Assembly (NCBI GenBank): GCA_013239625.1
Contig: MU054220.1
Span: 3,845,374 to 3,909,373 of the forward strand
Length of the DNA stretch: 64,000 nucleotides
Source of the DNA: Lama guanicoe
Lineage: Eukaryota
Reading direction: 5' to 3'
Shown one piece after another: positions 1 through 12,680 of the stretch (the stretch's first letter is position 1; every line of letters begins with the position of its first letter). Position numbers and translations under genes: made by a program. The notes under the pieces were generated by a model. That model saw nothing but the letters and a program-made list of their open reading frames with translations, was not told the origin of the DNA and did no database searches.

Positions 1-2229
1 GGTCCAGGGAGGAGGAGATGTACCAATCCCATAAGTTAGTATGTGAAGCTGTTTATTTTCAATGCTACTGTTATTAGTAATTACCTCCCCTTCTCTGCAT
101 CTGCACATGCAAGCCAGGGTCTCTCGTGCCTTCCCTCATGTTACCTGCACGCACACAGCAGACACCACCAAGATGCTCAGCAGAACAGGAAGGAGACTGT
201 GGCCTCCGGGAGCCCGAGACCTCTGTCACCAGCAGGCATCGCCCTGCATCTGCTCCCCCTCTTTTCTGTCTGGAAGCACTTCCTTGGCGCCTGAGGGGGA
301 AGGACAAGGGCTACCCATCCCCTGGGGCTGCCTTTACTTCTGACAATCACTTCTCTTCATCCCCCGTTGCAAGGGGAACATCATCACTCTTCCCATTTTA
401 CAGATGAGGAAAGCGGACCTGAGCCACAGCATTTTTATGTAACTAAACATTGGTGCATTGTTCAAGGAGAAAGGGAAACAGAATCAGCAATAATGTCTGC
501 TCAGTAAGGCTCACTCATTCTCATGAGGCTCCAGCAGACTGCCTAGCAAGTTCCCGGCATTTGGTCCCAGAGGGACCTGGAAGCCCTAATGGTTTAAGAG
601 ACTTAGCTCTGAAGATGGAGCCTGGCCTGCTTGGCCCTGGCTCCACTGTGTCATCTTTATGAACAAATAAATGAAAGATGTGAACCCCATAACTTTTGTA
701 CCAAGTGGCCAGTGTCCTCCTCCTCACTAGCAAAGGAGGAAGTGATGCTCAGAGAGGTCAAGCAGCTTGTCTGCAATCACAGAGCTGAACCAGGCAGAGA
801 GAGGACCAGAACCCATGATTTTGTCTGCAGACAAAGTCCCGGAGCCACTTCATCCAAGTCCAGCCTGAGTTAGGTAACCCCAAATTGTCCATCCTCCCAA
901 GGATGCAGTTGAGAAGTTCTCAGGTCATTAGGTGTTTGAACAAAGATTCCTGGGGTTTCAAAGTTTTTAAGAACAATCCAGCACTTTTAGCACAGGGTTT
1001 AAGAAGAGCATGATGGTCTCAGTGCTGAAGTTGACTTCACTATGAATTGCCTCCTAACACACTCCAGACCTTGAACTCAACGGGGATCCGCTGTGCGGTC
1101 TTATATCTGCGCAACACCTGTCTGATGATAGTCTGCCTCTGAGAGGAGTATTAAAAAGCCACGCAACAGAGATGTTTTCCAAAATGGCTGCCCTGCCACC
1201 AGCAAGGAAGCTGAAAGCTAAGAACTCATAACTGAGGGGCTAACCCCACAGCTAAACACAGCTCTCCTCTGCAACGTGGGGCTATTAATTCAGACAGAAT
1301 AACCCACAGGACTGTGGTGGAATCTGGGAAAAGGGCACCCCAACTCCTTGTAATTCTTCCCTGCTTAAGTCCATGTAAATATATTCCAATGCAGAACAGG
1401 GTCTGCGGGAGGTAAGATCCATTAGCATTTTGATGAGTTTTCCCAACACGTGGAACAAGAGAGCTTTAACATTCATAGTACAGAGATTAATCCTTCCAGT
1501 CACTTTCTCCCTCCCCAGCTTGAAGCGGCCAAGAACTTTTTACCCCTTCAAGACCTTGATTAGGAAAGAGAGTTAGAACTCAGAGAGCTCAGGCTTAAGA
1601 GTCCTACAGAGAAGAGAGAGCTGGGTTTTCTAGACTGAGTGCGGAGAGCCCCGCAAACACAATTAAACAGCAGAATCAGGGATGGGGGTAGTGAAAAGGC
1701 TGTGACACTGCATGGGGCTTGGGAGCTTCTTTGTCTCAACAGAAGGACATGGCCAGTCCTGGAGAGAAGCCCTGCTTGTTCCTAACAGTGTGGTGCATCT
1801 TTTGTAACTGACAAAGGCCAGCCAACATCCCTGTTGGCTCACTGGAAAAGCATCTCGGAAGAGTCACTATATGCCCCATTTTAGGTGCTTGGGAGACAAG
1901 GATCCGGAAGACAGTTCAGCTCAACAAATCCCTGATCTCAAGAAACTCAGTCTAGATGGTGTGTGGGGAGTGAGGGGAGGGGCAGGGAATTGACGAAGAC
2001 AATAAAATGTGGTAGGGCTCTGAGGCCAGTGCACTTGCCCTGGGATCCCCAAGGTGGGGGGCACCAAAATCAAGCTGGGTTGAAGCGCAGGTCACACCCT
2101 TTGAAGGATTCCTAGTGATTCCTCAAAACTTTCTTTTGAAAATGAATGTAATGAAATATTAAGTGCACAAAGTATGATGAGCAGTTTTCTAGCATATGAT
2201 CGGAAAGAATTATATAAGTACCGTTAAGA

Positions 2230-2735
2230 TGTTGCAGCAAAGTGTGTTACAGCTCAGTGTTACAGCTCAGTTGTGACAGCATCCTGGATCCGGGTGAAAG
2301 ACCAAGCAGCACTGGGAGGGTTAACACTCCAAGCTCTGGACCCCATCTGTAGATTTACACAGGCTCTTATAGGCTGCCAGTCTACACTTTGCAACATCAT
2401 ATGCAAATAAGGTGTAACAAAAGTTAACTAATTAGGAAGGAGCTTTGTAGAAATGGACAAATCAGGAGTGATAGAAATGGACCAATCAGGAGTGATAAAA
2501 ATGGACCAATGAGAAGTGAGCTGCATGCAAATGAAGCACTACAAATGGACCAATCAGGAGTTAGTTCAGGGAACCAATAGAATCTTAGGGGTAAGTTCCA
2601 CTTTCCTAGAAGTAAGATGTTTTAGAGGCAAGAAGAGATAATGCTGCAGGACCAGGGAACCGGATGGTGCTGGCCGGAGAGTACTGGCCCTGCCTGGGGG
2701 TCCTGCCGGTCTTTTTCATGGGGCTTCCCACCTCA
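2230..2735 (-). mobile_element. ERV1-type solo LTR (506 bp)
   Basis: Starts TG (2230) and ends CA (2735), flanked by a perfect 4-bp TSD AAGA (2226-2229, 2736-2739). Contains tandem 24-bp CCAAT units, two ATGCAAAT octamers, minus-strand TATAAGAG (2364-2371) and repeated GAGCTGTAACAC motifs on the minus strand, as recalled for ERV1-class LTRs. Strand inferred from CCAAT->TATA order. Confidence 0.85.
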
Positions 2736-3155
2736 AAGACAGATGATCCGGAACTTTCAACATTGTAATGGATCACTGTTTAGCAGATGCACTCTCCTAG
2801 ACAGGAGATTCTAGAGGCACGTAACTTTGACTCATGTGAGGTTACAGGTGAATTGTAGATTGTTTTCTGGTCTAGTAGAAAAGATAGCCCCAGAGGTCTG
2901 GATTTTAGTGCCCTGGAGGCCATTAACCAGTTGTGTACCCAATCCAGTCATCATATTTCAACATTCTTTCCCCAGTGCCCATGTAATCCTTCTTTCTCTA
3001 ATTCTCCTGAAAACCAGCTTTACCAATGAGCCTCTCCTGTTGGCTCCCTCATTAATGAAATCAGTCTTTGACCCACGTTCATTTTAGATTTACATGTGAT
3101 TCTATAGGATTTATGATTTTTTAAAAATTATACTTTGACAGTATATGCCTAATCA

Positions 3156-3157
<2 letters not shown>

Positions 3158-3194
<37 letters not shown>
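3158..3194. repeat. (CA)n microsatellite, ~18 units
   Basis: Direct reading. Confidence 0.97.
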
Positions 3195-3196
<2 letters not shown>

Positions 3197-3399
3197 TACA
3201 TAGGGATAAAAATGGGGGGAAAAAAAGCATAGCCAAATGTTACCAATGGGTATCTTTAGGTAGTTGGCCTTTGTAAACAAGTGACTTATATAATCAGAAA
3301 AAAGTAATAAGCATTATTTTTTAAATGGAGAAACACATACCCATATAAGATTCCCCAAACTAACAGCTAATGCAAACTGCTAGCTTATCCCATCTGTCC

Positions 3400-3600
3400 A
3401 GTGGGGCTCTTAGCGCTTAGGTGGATTATTGCATTCAGGCCTCACCTTAATACCACCCCATGCGAAAGGTACTATTATTCTTCCCATTCTACAGATGAGG
3501 AAATGGAAACACAAGTGGTGATGAGATCACAGGATCTGAATGAGAGCCAGGATCTGAATCCCAGGCAGCCCGGCTCCACAAGCTGCCTGCTTAACCACCC
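3400..3600 (-). mobile_element. MIR SINE fragment
   Basis: cccattctacagatgaggaaatggaaac...ggatctgaatcccaggcag matches the antisense MIR core. Confidence 0.8.
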
Positions 3601-5369
3601 TGCCACATGCATGCCTCCCAAGTGGGAAAGGAAGAAATAAACACATCTGCCGGGCTGCCAGAGTCAGGCTTGGAGAAGACCGTGTCCCCACCTACTCCCA
3701 GAGCACACAGCATGCTGGGAAGCCAAGCGCGAGCCTCGCCAGCCTTGAATTGAATTCACGTGTGTCTCTCCCCCATTGCAGGCAGGGACCTGCTCTTCTC
3801 CATTCTTGAACTCCCATCAGCCTGGGATGGGATCACAATGGAGGCTCAACAAATGTCTCAGAACACCTCCCTCCCTGCTCTGATAGCATCTCCTCTCACT
3901 AACCCCGTTCAGGGACTCTAGAAGCCAGACTCTAATTCATCATGCACTCCTTCTCTCTCTTTGCCAGCTCAGGCACTACAGACTGCTTTATTACCTAGAT
4001 CATAAAGAAAAGAGCAGCCTGGCTTCAGTAAAGAGGGGGTTCAGTGTGTTAGAAAGGGTCCCCCCCAAGCCTGGGAATCCTGGAGGCCATGGGCTCTGCC
4101 TGTAAATCACTGTGTGACCATGGGCAAGTCACCAAGCCTCTCTGGGCCGTCACCTGGCCTTTATAATGGGCAGGGGGACCCACCGTGCTAGGATGCCCCA
4201 GATGTTTGCCCAGCATCAATCTCGTTCTCTCTGCTGGGGTGTTTTATATGCAGCAGGCGTGAAGCCCTCACTGGAGCCCCATGCCTATTGATTCTCACTG
4301 AAGCTCTTCACGTGGCAGGTCACTGCTGGTTAAATCTGTGTGGAAATTAGGTTTTGAGGGAGGAATACCTTGTGATCTGGAAAACCGAATTGGGGTAGAG
4401 GGCTGCAAAAGGGGGAATGTAGGGAGTGGGGAGAGATGCTGCATTTAAATAAGGCTCTTGGGGAGCCCCTATAGAACACCCCATCTGTGGATTCTTTCTG
4501 GTGGCAATTTATTTATTTTATTTTTATTTTGGGGGCCAAACACATTTTCCTATGTCTCCAAGCACCTGCAGAGTTAGGCAGGTTTGTTTGGGTAAACACT
4601 ATGTTTCAAAAGATTCCAAATAAAAAGCCCCATTTTCCTTGATTTAACAATAAGTATCTATCCAGCCTCTACCTATGGCTGTGAAGAAGGCAGGAGAGAG
4701 AATAACTCAGAACAGCCACTAAGTAAGTGTCAATACTGAAAGACGCATCTCTAGGTGATTATTTAGGATCAATGGCCAAAAGAAACATAGGAGAGCCCGC
4801 TTTTTAAAATGGGGCATGATTCTGCTAATGAAAATGATTCCAGAGACAGTGCCTGCTTCTGATTCCTGGGTGAGTTCCTGCCCTTTCGGGGTCTCAGTTT
4901 CATTTTCTATCACCTCATGGCCTGCGATTCTCAGAATAGGTTTCCCAGGGGTTCCTCAGGAGACACCCAAGCGGAGGCGGATGGCAGGAGGAGGGAGTAG
5001 GCCCCTGTGCCTGCTTCCACAGGGCAGCTCCCTTTTGAGTTATTTAATGTTGGAGGCTCCATAGTGAACTTTCTTTGAGTTCTGTGACTACCAGTGAGTT
5101 GACTGTCACTGGACTAAATCATCCCAGATCCTTTTCACTTTAGCATTTGGGATGCCCAAAGTGGTACCTTGGTTAAGAAACCCCAAGGCATTCTGTTGGG
5201 CAAATGGTTTTTATCCAAAGGCACCATGGTGACCCAATGCACAACGTCACTTGGGGATGGGATGCTTCTGACTCTGGGATGGGCTCTCTATGCCAGGGAG
5301 CAAGCCCACATCTCTAAGAAAAGAGTCCGCCAAGACAGGCCATAAAACCTCAGGTAAGAGCTAGCACAC

Positions 5370-5540
5370 ATGGGAACACTTACACTGGCCCAGATACTTT
5401 CTTTCTCAGTCCTTGTGGCAACTTTATGCAATAGGTTTTGTTCTTCTCTCCATTTTGCAAGTGGAGAACCTGCACATCAGATAAGTTGAGTAACCTAGCC
5501 AAGGTCGCTCAGCTCTTCAGGGCATATTGAACCCCAGCAC
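5370..5540 (-). mobile_element. MIR SINE fragment
   Basis: ccattttgcaagtggagaacctg...gttgagtaacctagccaaggtcgctcagct, antisense MIR core. Confidence 0.7.
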
Positions 5541-7799
5541 CCTGTCTCTTAATCACTGCCTGAAATCACTGCATATACTGCCCCAGACAGCCACAAAATA
5601 CCATGCTGGAATGGGATCATTCGGTCCCTCGTCTGTATTTTACAATGGGTGATCGTGGCCCAGAGAAGATCAGAGACTTGCTCAAGGATCTTAATGAGCT
5701 TGCAGTAGAGCAGGATTAAAACTACCATCTTAAAATCCTCTGTGTTTCCACTCCACCTTGGCACCACTGGGCTACTCAGGACAGCATGCTTTCGTGGTCA
5801 AAGCTTAGCCCAAGTGCAGATCACTGCCCAGGCAAAGACCCAGCAGTGCCACTGATACACTGCATGACACTCAGCCTCCCATGTTCCTGTTTTGCCATCC
5901 TTAAAATGGAAATGATTTTTGCACATAACTTGCAGGGCTGTTGCAAGGATTCAGCAGGACTGTATATACCTTGGTTTCTCAGTAAATTCTAACTCTCTGA
6001 GAGCCGGAACATGGGCCAGGGTCAGGGACACAAAATGAAGTGGATCCTTCTGATGGGCTTGGTGCAGGAAACACAGGGTCTTTGTCCCAGTTTCCATCAC
6101 CCCTCCCCCATTAGCAGCAGCAAACTGACCACCATCCCTTCTTCCCTAGTCACTTCTCCTGGGGACACCGAGAGGAAGCAGACTGGGGCCCAGTGAGATG
6201 CTATGATGTTGTGTCTCTTTAAAGTCAAGAGTGAATCATCCTCTTGAACTTCCTATTTCCTCCTGACCTCGTGTTAATTTCTAGTTCAAGATAAAATGAT
6301 GTCTCTTCAGTACCAGGAAAGGGCTAAAAAGTAATTTCAGGTTGGCACACAGTCTGCCTTCTGAGATCGAATCCACTTGTTTGCAGAGTCAGGGAATTTA
6401 AGATGCAGAAAGAACGTCATCTCAGGGCTTCTGAGATACTGCATAAGAAAGTGACGATCTCTCTAAATATGAACTGGTAGCTTTGCCTCTGTTATGAGGG
6501 AGGCAACCAAAGCCCAGAGAGGTTGAGTGATTTGGCCCACGTCACACAGCCATAGAGTGGGTTGGTAAAAGAGACAGAGTGAGAACCAGGTCTCCTGACC
6601 TCATGCATTTGGGGAGAGGGTGGTGGAGGGGATGAGGAAGACTGAGAGAGGGAGGAGTGTTTGAATGTGAAAATGACAGTTCATACATCTGAGTGTAAGT
6701 AAGTTAGAGAGTGTGAGCCTCTGAGGTAGAAGGAAAAACCTATGGGGCATCGGAAGCTCCACCTGTACTTTGCGTATAAGAAGTGTGAACAAGTGTGAGC
6801 AAGAGGGCTGTGAGTGGGGAGTAAGGGAAGAAGTGAGAGTAAATCCGAGTGCTGGAGAGAGAGAACCAGAGGAGGAAAAACATTCGGGCCATTCTCAAAT
6901 TCCCACAGTCAAATAAATCAGCACAGATTGTTCTGACACAAAGAGGCCATTTCAAACCGCATCCTTTCCACCGAAGTCAGCCCCAAATGGCCCACCTGAT
7001 GCTCTCTCACAACCAGTAATAGCTGCAACACTAACATTCACCATTGTATTTAGGATTCTTGAACGGCAATGATGAACGAGTATGATCAACGCCCATTTTC
7101 CTGATCAGACCATTGAGGCTTGGAGGCGGGAAGTCACTTGATCCCTACATGTACCTCCCTGTCCCGGTTATTCCTGGGATAAGGAAACCTGGGAGGCAGC
7201 AGAGATGCAAGCAGCAAGCATGTCTCAGAGCAGCCGGGCTTCTGAGAATCAGCCCCTGGAGGGAGTGCTGCTCTGGCCGCTACAAGCAGGATGGAGAAGC
7301 AAGGCACCAAGGAGCAGGGAGTGAAGCTGGCATGGTCCCGAGCTCCCCACAAGGCAAAGCAGATGCCCGTCTGTGCCGGAGTGCCTGGCGCCGAGAACAG
7401 CAGTGTTATGCACTGGGAGCTGCGGTCATCACCTCGCCTGGGTGCCTGGCCCTGACCAGCCAGAGGAAGATTTGCCCAAAGTCTCCCAGATGGTAAATGT
7501 AGGCACAGTCAGGACTGAAGCCAGCATGACCCAGAGGCTCTGGTCCTAACTCATCCATCACTCACTGGTAAGGCCCTTCTGTCTGATGGAGGTCGGGAGG
7601 CCCAGAGGACAGCATTTGGTTATGGCTTTCAAAGGCAAATCCCAACAAACCTCCTAAAACAGAAGGTTCGCCCCCAGCCTGCCCTTGCCCCTAGGGGCCC
7701 AGATGGTCAGTGTCCCATTTCTCAAGGAAAGCAGAAATCTCACGTTTTATGCTGCATCTCTTTTTCAACCGGTTAAAATTCTCTTCATATTTTCTGTTT

Positions 7800-8350
7800 T
7801 GTTAACAGAATTTACTGAGAAATAACAGATAGAGAAGTACATTTGACCTGAAGTGTACAGCTGGATGAATTTTCGCCAACTGGACACACCTGTAAAACCA
7901 GCAGAATAAGAAAAGGAACAGGCCAGCACCCAGAAGCCCCTCGTGCCCCATTCCAGCCCTCCCCAACTTCTGCCCAAACAGAATCACTATCATGACTTCT
8001 GACACCAGAGCTTCACTTGGCTAACTCTGAACTTTCTGTAAATGAACTCATTCTGTGTACGGCTTTCACCTCTGGTGTCTTTTGTCTGACATTAGGATTC
8101 TGAGGTCCCCCCAGGTTGCCGTCAGCAGCAGGAGTTCATTCATGCTCTGCTGGGTAGCACTCCGCTGTGGGACCGTATCCCTGCTGCCATTTATGGGCAT
8201 TTGGATTGTTTCCAGGTACTGCCTGTCATGGAGAATGAAGCTTCAAATGTTCTAACACATGCCTTTTGGGGGTGCATAGGTGAGCCTTTCTGTTGAATAT
8301 ACACCTGAGACTAGAATTGTTGGGTCACATGGTATGTGTAAACTTTAGTT
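7800..8350 (-). mobile_element. Old L1 (L1ME/L1M-like) 3' region
   Basis: Antisense L1 motifs: gtgtacagctggatgaatttt, cccagaagcccctcgtgcccc, gggcatttggattgtttccagg, tagaattgttgggtcacatggtatg. Confidence 0.75.
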
Positions 8351-8367
8351 ACATTTTCCAATATTTT

Positions 8368-8517
8368 TTAAAGCTTCTTTTTATTTTGGTGGGGGGAGTG
8401 GAGGGAGTAATTAGGTTTCTTTATTTATTTTTAGAGGAGATACTGGGGATTGAACCCAGGATCTCGTGCATGCCAAGCATGTTCTCTACCACTTGAGCTA
8501 TATCTTCCCTTCTCCCA
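8368..8517 (-). mobile_element. Camelid tRNA-derived SINE (Vic-1-like)
   Basis: Reverse complement has an A box (atagctcaagtggtagag), a B box (gggttcaatcccc) and an A-rich tail. TSD acattttccaatatttt at 8351-8367 and 8518-8534. Confidence 0.9.
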
Positions 8518-10657
8518 ACATTTTCCAATATTTTAGTGTTGGGTCAGTTTCCGTTTTAAACATTGTGTACCTTAAACAAAACGTATCTGCCGTTTGGATC
8601 TGGCCTACAGCCCACCATTTTGCACCTTTGGCCTGTGTGTTTCATTCATTTTAGCCACTGGCCAGACCATCTTTCTTGAGAGCGTATCGGAGCCTCACAA
8701 ATTCATGTTATGTAGTGGGGTAAACCCTAATACCGCCGCGCTACTGATGGGTGAACTGAAGTCTAAATAGGCTGCCATGGCTGTTCTTTAGCAAGGGCTT
8801 CTCTACCAGGATGAAATTACATTGAAATGATTTCACAGTGCACATGCCCAACACTGCACGAGTCCAACCCAACTCCAGCGTACCAACCAGACTTCCTGAG
8901 GATGCAGACACCCAGGGAGGATTATTTGGAAATGTAGTTTAATTAAGAACCATTGCTTTAGGTCATACAGCAATAAAGCCAGTGACAGCAGAGCACCCGG
9001 TTCCCAGCCCCTCGGCTCTGCTCTGGACCCCAGGGTTCCTCACGTCCACCCCGGTGCCAGCACTCCACCCTCCTCCAACCATAACAGACATCAGTAATTG
9101 ATTTTAGCACTCCTTCCCGCTGAACCCGAATAACCCAGCCTCATCCATTCCTTCAGCTGGGCTCAAGCAGGCCCTACCAACCGATCAGATCAGAAATAGC
9201 ATTTGAGATGAAAAGTATTTGCCAGCCAGAGACCACATCATGCCACTCCTGCTATTCAGTGTTGACTCCGGAAACCCTTGCTACTTCCTTAAGTGGCTCA
9301 GCCTTCTTATACCTAGAATGGGGGAGACACAGAGAATGGACCAAACCTGAGCCTGGCCCCATTCTTCTGCTTTTTTTATTCTGATTCCCATACTAACCCT
9401 ATGAAGCTTGCTGCAAAGATAATTGCTGCAAAGATAATTTACCTCTGCCCTGGGGTGGTTTTGTTTGTTGTGGGTTTTGGCTACAGGTTTTATGGGTGGC
9501 AAACAAGCCCAGAGAGGCCGAGTGCCTTGCTCATGGGGAACTTGAACCACGTCTCCATTTCTAACCCAGGGATCTTTCTCTCTCCTCCGGGGGGCCTCTT
9601 ACAACTAATCAGGAACTACTGGAAAAGCCAGAAACATGATGGTAACCTCATTCATCTCAAACCAATCACATCTGGTTCACTTCTTCCCCGCTAAGCAGTA
9701 AACAGTGGAGACAGTGCCCAGGCTGGCCGCAGGCTGGGATCGCAGCTCAGAGACAAGGCCGCGGCCAAGAGCCGACAAGGAGTCGTTCTCACGCTGATCC
9801 CTGGGCTACAAGAAAGAGAGATTCCCTAATGCAGCTGAGACTGGTGTCCCGACATCACTGCAAACTGTCCTTTTCCAGAGCGATAGTACGCACAAGCCCG
9901 GGGGGCTCCAACTTGGTGCTTCCAGCTGCAGCCGGGCAGCCTCTGTTTCCCTGTGCTTTCTGTCTTCATTACCTTTGCAGAACAACTGAGTGCGTTTCGC
10001 TGCAGATGAAAACCAAGCAATCTCATTTTCTCCCCTCAACTTGGCCAGACGGTGCCTTCTTGCTCTTCTCCCCTTGCTCATGCTAGAATTTTATTTTAAG
10101 CTCAAAAATACGAAAAGTTCCCTAACATCCGCAAATCTGCCTTTCGAGGCCATTTTTAGCCAAAGGTGCCTGAAACCGCATCCTGGGATTGTGTTACAAT
10201 GGCATTTCCTCCCTGGGGAACTGTAGCTTCACCTCCAAAGTCTTTGCCTTGTATGGAGCTTGGGGGCTCCCGGGGGCGGCAGAGGAAGGCACCCAGCACG
10301 CCCGTCAACGTCCATGTACACCGTCCAGGGCCACGTCCAGGTCGGGAAGTGAAGGCAGGTCTCCAGAAATGGCTGCAGCATTTGGGAGATTTCCAGCTAC
10401 TCCTAGAGGTGGCAGGACTAATGTGACCGGAAAAAGGACCCAAGGGCAACTCAAAATGTGGGGAGTTCCTGCTCCCACACACCCGCTCCCCAAACGTCTG
10501 GGGACTCGTGTTCATGGTGGCCCAGCGGCCCCACGGAGGCCTCTCTGGGGCCGTGTTCAGCTCTCTCTGTGTGCTCGGTTATTCAGCCTCCCACCAACCT
10601 GTGCTGCTGTTATCCATTTCACACGGAAGGGAAAGAAGTGTCAAGACTTAACCAGCC

Positions 10658-10920
10658 CTCAGGGGTGGGAAGGGATAAATTGGGAGTTCGAGATTTGCTG
10701 ATGCTGACTGGTATATATAAAATAGATAAACAAGTTTATACTGTATAGCACAGGGAGCTATATTTGATATCCTGTAGTAGTAGCTTATGGTGAAAAAGAA
10801 TATGAAAATGAATATATGTATATTCATGTATGACTGAAGCATTGTGCTGTGCACCAGAAATTGACACAACATTGTAAACTGACTATACTTCAATGAATTT
10901 TTAAAAAAAAGTAATACGGA
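10658..10920 (+). mobile_element. 5'-truncated young L1 3'UTR inserted into a MIR
   Basis: gggataaattgggag...ctgtatagcacagggagctata...cattgtaaactgactatacttcaat plus A-tail. Perfect 15-bp TSD aagacttaaccagcc at 10643-10657 and 10921-10935. MIR-like sequence on both flanks. Confidence 0.9.
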
Positions 10921-11819
10921 AAGACTTAACCAGCCGAAAGTCACACACACCAGAAAGTGGCAGGGCCAGAACCCACCTGTGATTGGCCTGACCCCAGGCC
11001 TGGGGTCTAACCACTGACCCACATAGCGGTCTTCCCATTACCTGCTCAACTGGCAGTACAGACCTTGCCCTAATCCTGTTCCTCCTCCTTCCAAAGATGC
11101 AGTCATCTGCTGCCTTCCACATAGCGCTTATTTCCAACATGGTCCTGGTGATGCATTTAAAGCACAGGTTCAGAGCCCAGCAGGACCCATACACGTGGGA
11201 CATTAGCTTCTGAATTCTTTTTTTTTTGGCGGGGGGGGGGGTGCTATTTCTTTTTACAGCCTCCTGTTAACTGAGAGGAGAAACAAGAGTACAGGTGTGA
11301 GCTAGAAAGATGACCTACCACTCCCCACGGGAGGGCTCTTAAGAACAAAGTTCTCGCAAGAACCCCCAGGTACCAAGGCAAAGCCAGTCTCGGAGAATCA
11401 GGTGGCATCAGAAGCTCGAGGAGCCCCACCAGGACCTATAAGAAAGCATCTCTGGCAAAGGGCGACTTTGGAGGGTGAGATGGTGCTGGTGAGTTTGTAT
11501 CCCTATCACTCTCTGCATGGTAGCAGTGCCAAGCCTGAGTCACCCACATAAGGGGTAGGGGACCCCCCCAAGAAAGCAGAAATTCCAGGTCCTCAGAAGG
11601 AGGGCCAGAGGGGCCTAAGGCTGGGGAGAAGCTTGGGAGATGAGAGGAGTGGGCGAGAGTGTCCAGCCCGAGTCAGGGACCCGAAGAGGGTTCTTCGTGG
11701 TGGTTATGGCGCAGGGGCTTCAAGACCAGAAAAGACTCCATTGTGCAGGGCTAGCTAGATGATTATATGCCCTCTGGATGTACCATCCTCCACCTCAAGT
11801 CTTCAGTAAAAGTCTAGTG

Positions 11820-12133
11820 CAGTCATCCCTCGAGATTGGTTACAGGACCCCCAATGGATAGCAAAATCCTCAGATGCGCAAATCCCTTACCTAAAATGGT
11901 CTGGTATTTGCATACGACCTACGCCCATCTTCCCGTAGACTTTAAATCATCTCTAGATTTACTGATACTACCTACTCCAATGTAAGTGCTATGTTGTAAA
12001 CTATTTGTTGCTGATGCATGGCAAATTCAAGTTTTGCTTTTTGGAACTTTCTGGAATTTTTTCCCCCAAATATTTTCAGTTCCACTTGGTTGAATCCACA
12101 GATGGAAAACCTGTGGATATGGAGGGTCAACTG
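11820..12133. mobile_element. MER2/MER2B-like Tigger (TcMar) DNA transposon
   Basis: Inverted termini cagtcatccctc...gagggtcaactg. Internal gattggttacaggacccc, ctttaaatcatctctagatt and ggttgaatccacagatg match the recalled MER2 consensus. Confidence 0.85.
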
Positions 12134-12539
12134 GACACACGATGGAAGAAAGAATGAATGAACACCTACTTCAAGCAATACCAGGACCCCTTTCTGCATT
12201 CAACAGACCCCTACAGGCAAAAAAAAATCACCTTATGATGGAAAAGGCCAGCTTTGCAATGGTCCTGACAAACGCTTCCAGTTTCTCACATCCACCTCTA
12301 CCAACTGATCTGTGAAATTCCATAATCTCAGCATCTCGGGCTCCCCTTCCATAAAGCGGGGCTTAAAAATCTCACCCAAACCAGATTGTTGGGCTTCAAA
12401 TGAAATCATATATATGGGTCTGCTGGGTACGTGGAAAAATTCTGCTGTAGCTTCTGAAGAGAAAAGGGAAGGGAGAGCAGACGTGGCAGGTCACTGCCCG
12501 CCCAGCACTGGGTGAGGTCCTAAATCCGGCGTGTGCTGT

Positions 12540-12680
12540 CCCTTTGTTCCAGGCGAGGAAACTGAGGCTCGGCTGGGATAAAAAAAACTTGCCAGAGTCA
12601 TGCAGCTGGTGAGGGGCACAGCCAGGATTTGAACTCAGATCTGTGGGACTCAGAAGCCGGAATTCCCACTTGCTTACAGC
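12540..12680 (-). mobile_element. MIR SINE fragment
   Basis: gaggaaactgaggctc...cagccaggatttgaactcagatctg. Confidence 0.8.

Noticed and set aside
2449..2564. 24-bp repeats as a CRISPR-like array
   Set aside because: Tandem units without unique spacers inside an LTR, in mammalian DNA with no cas genes.
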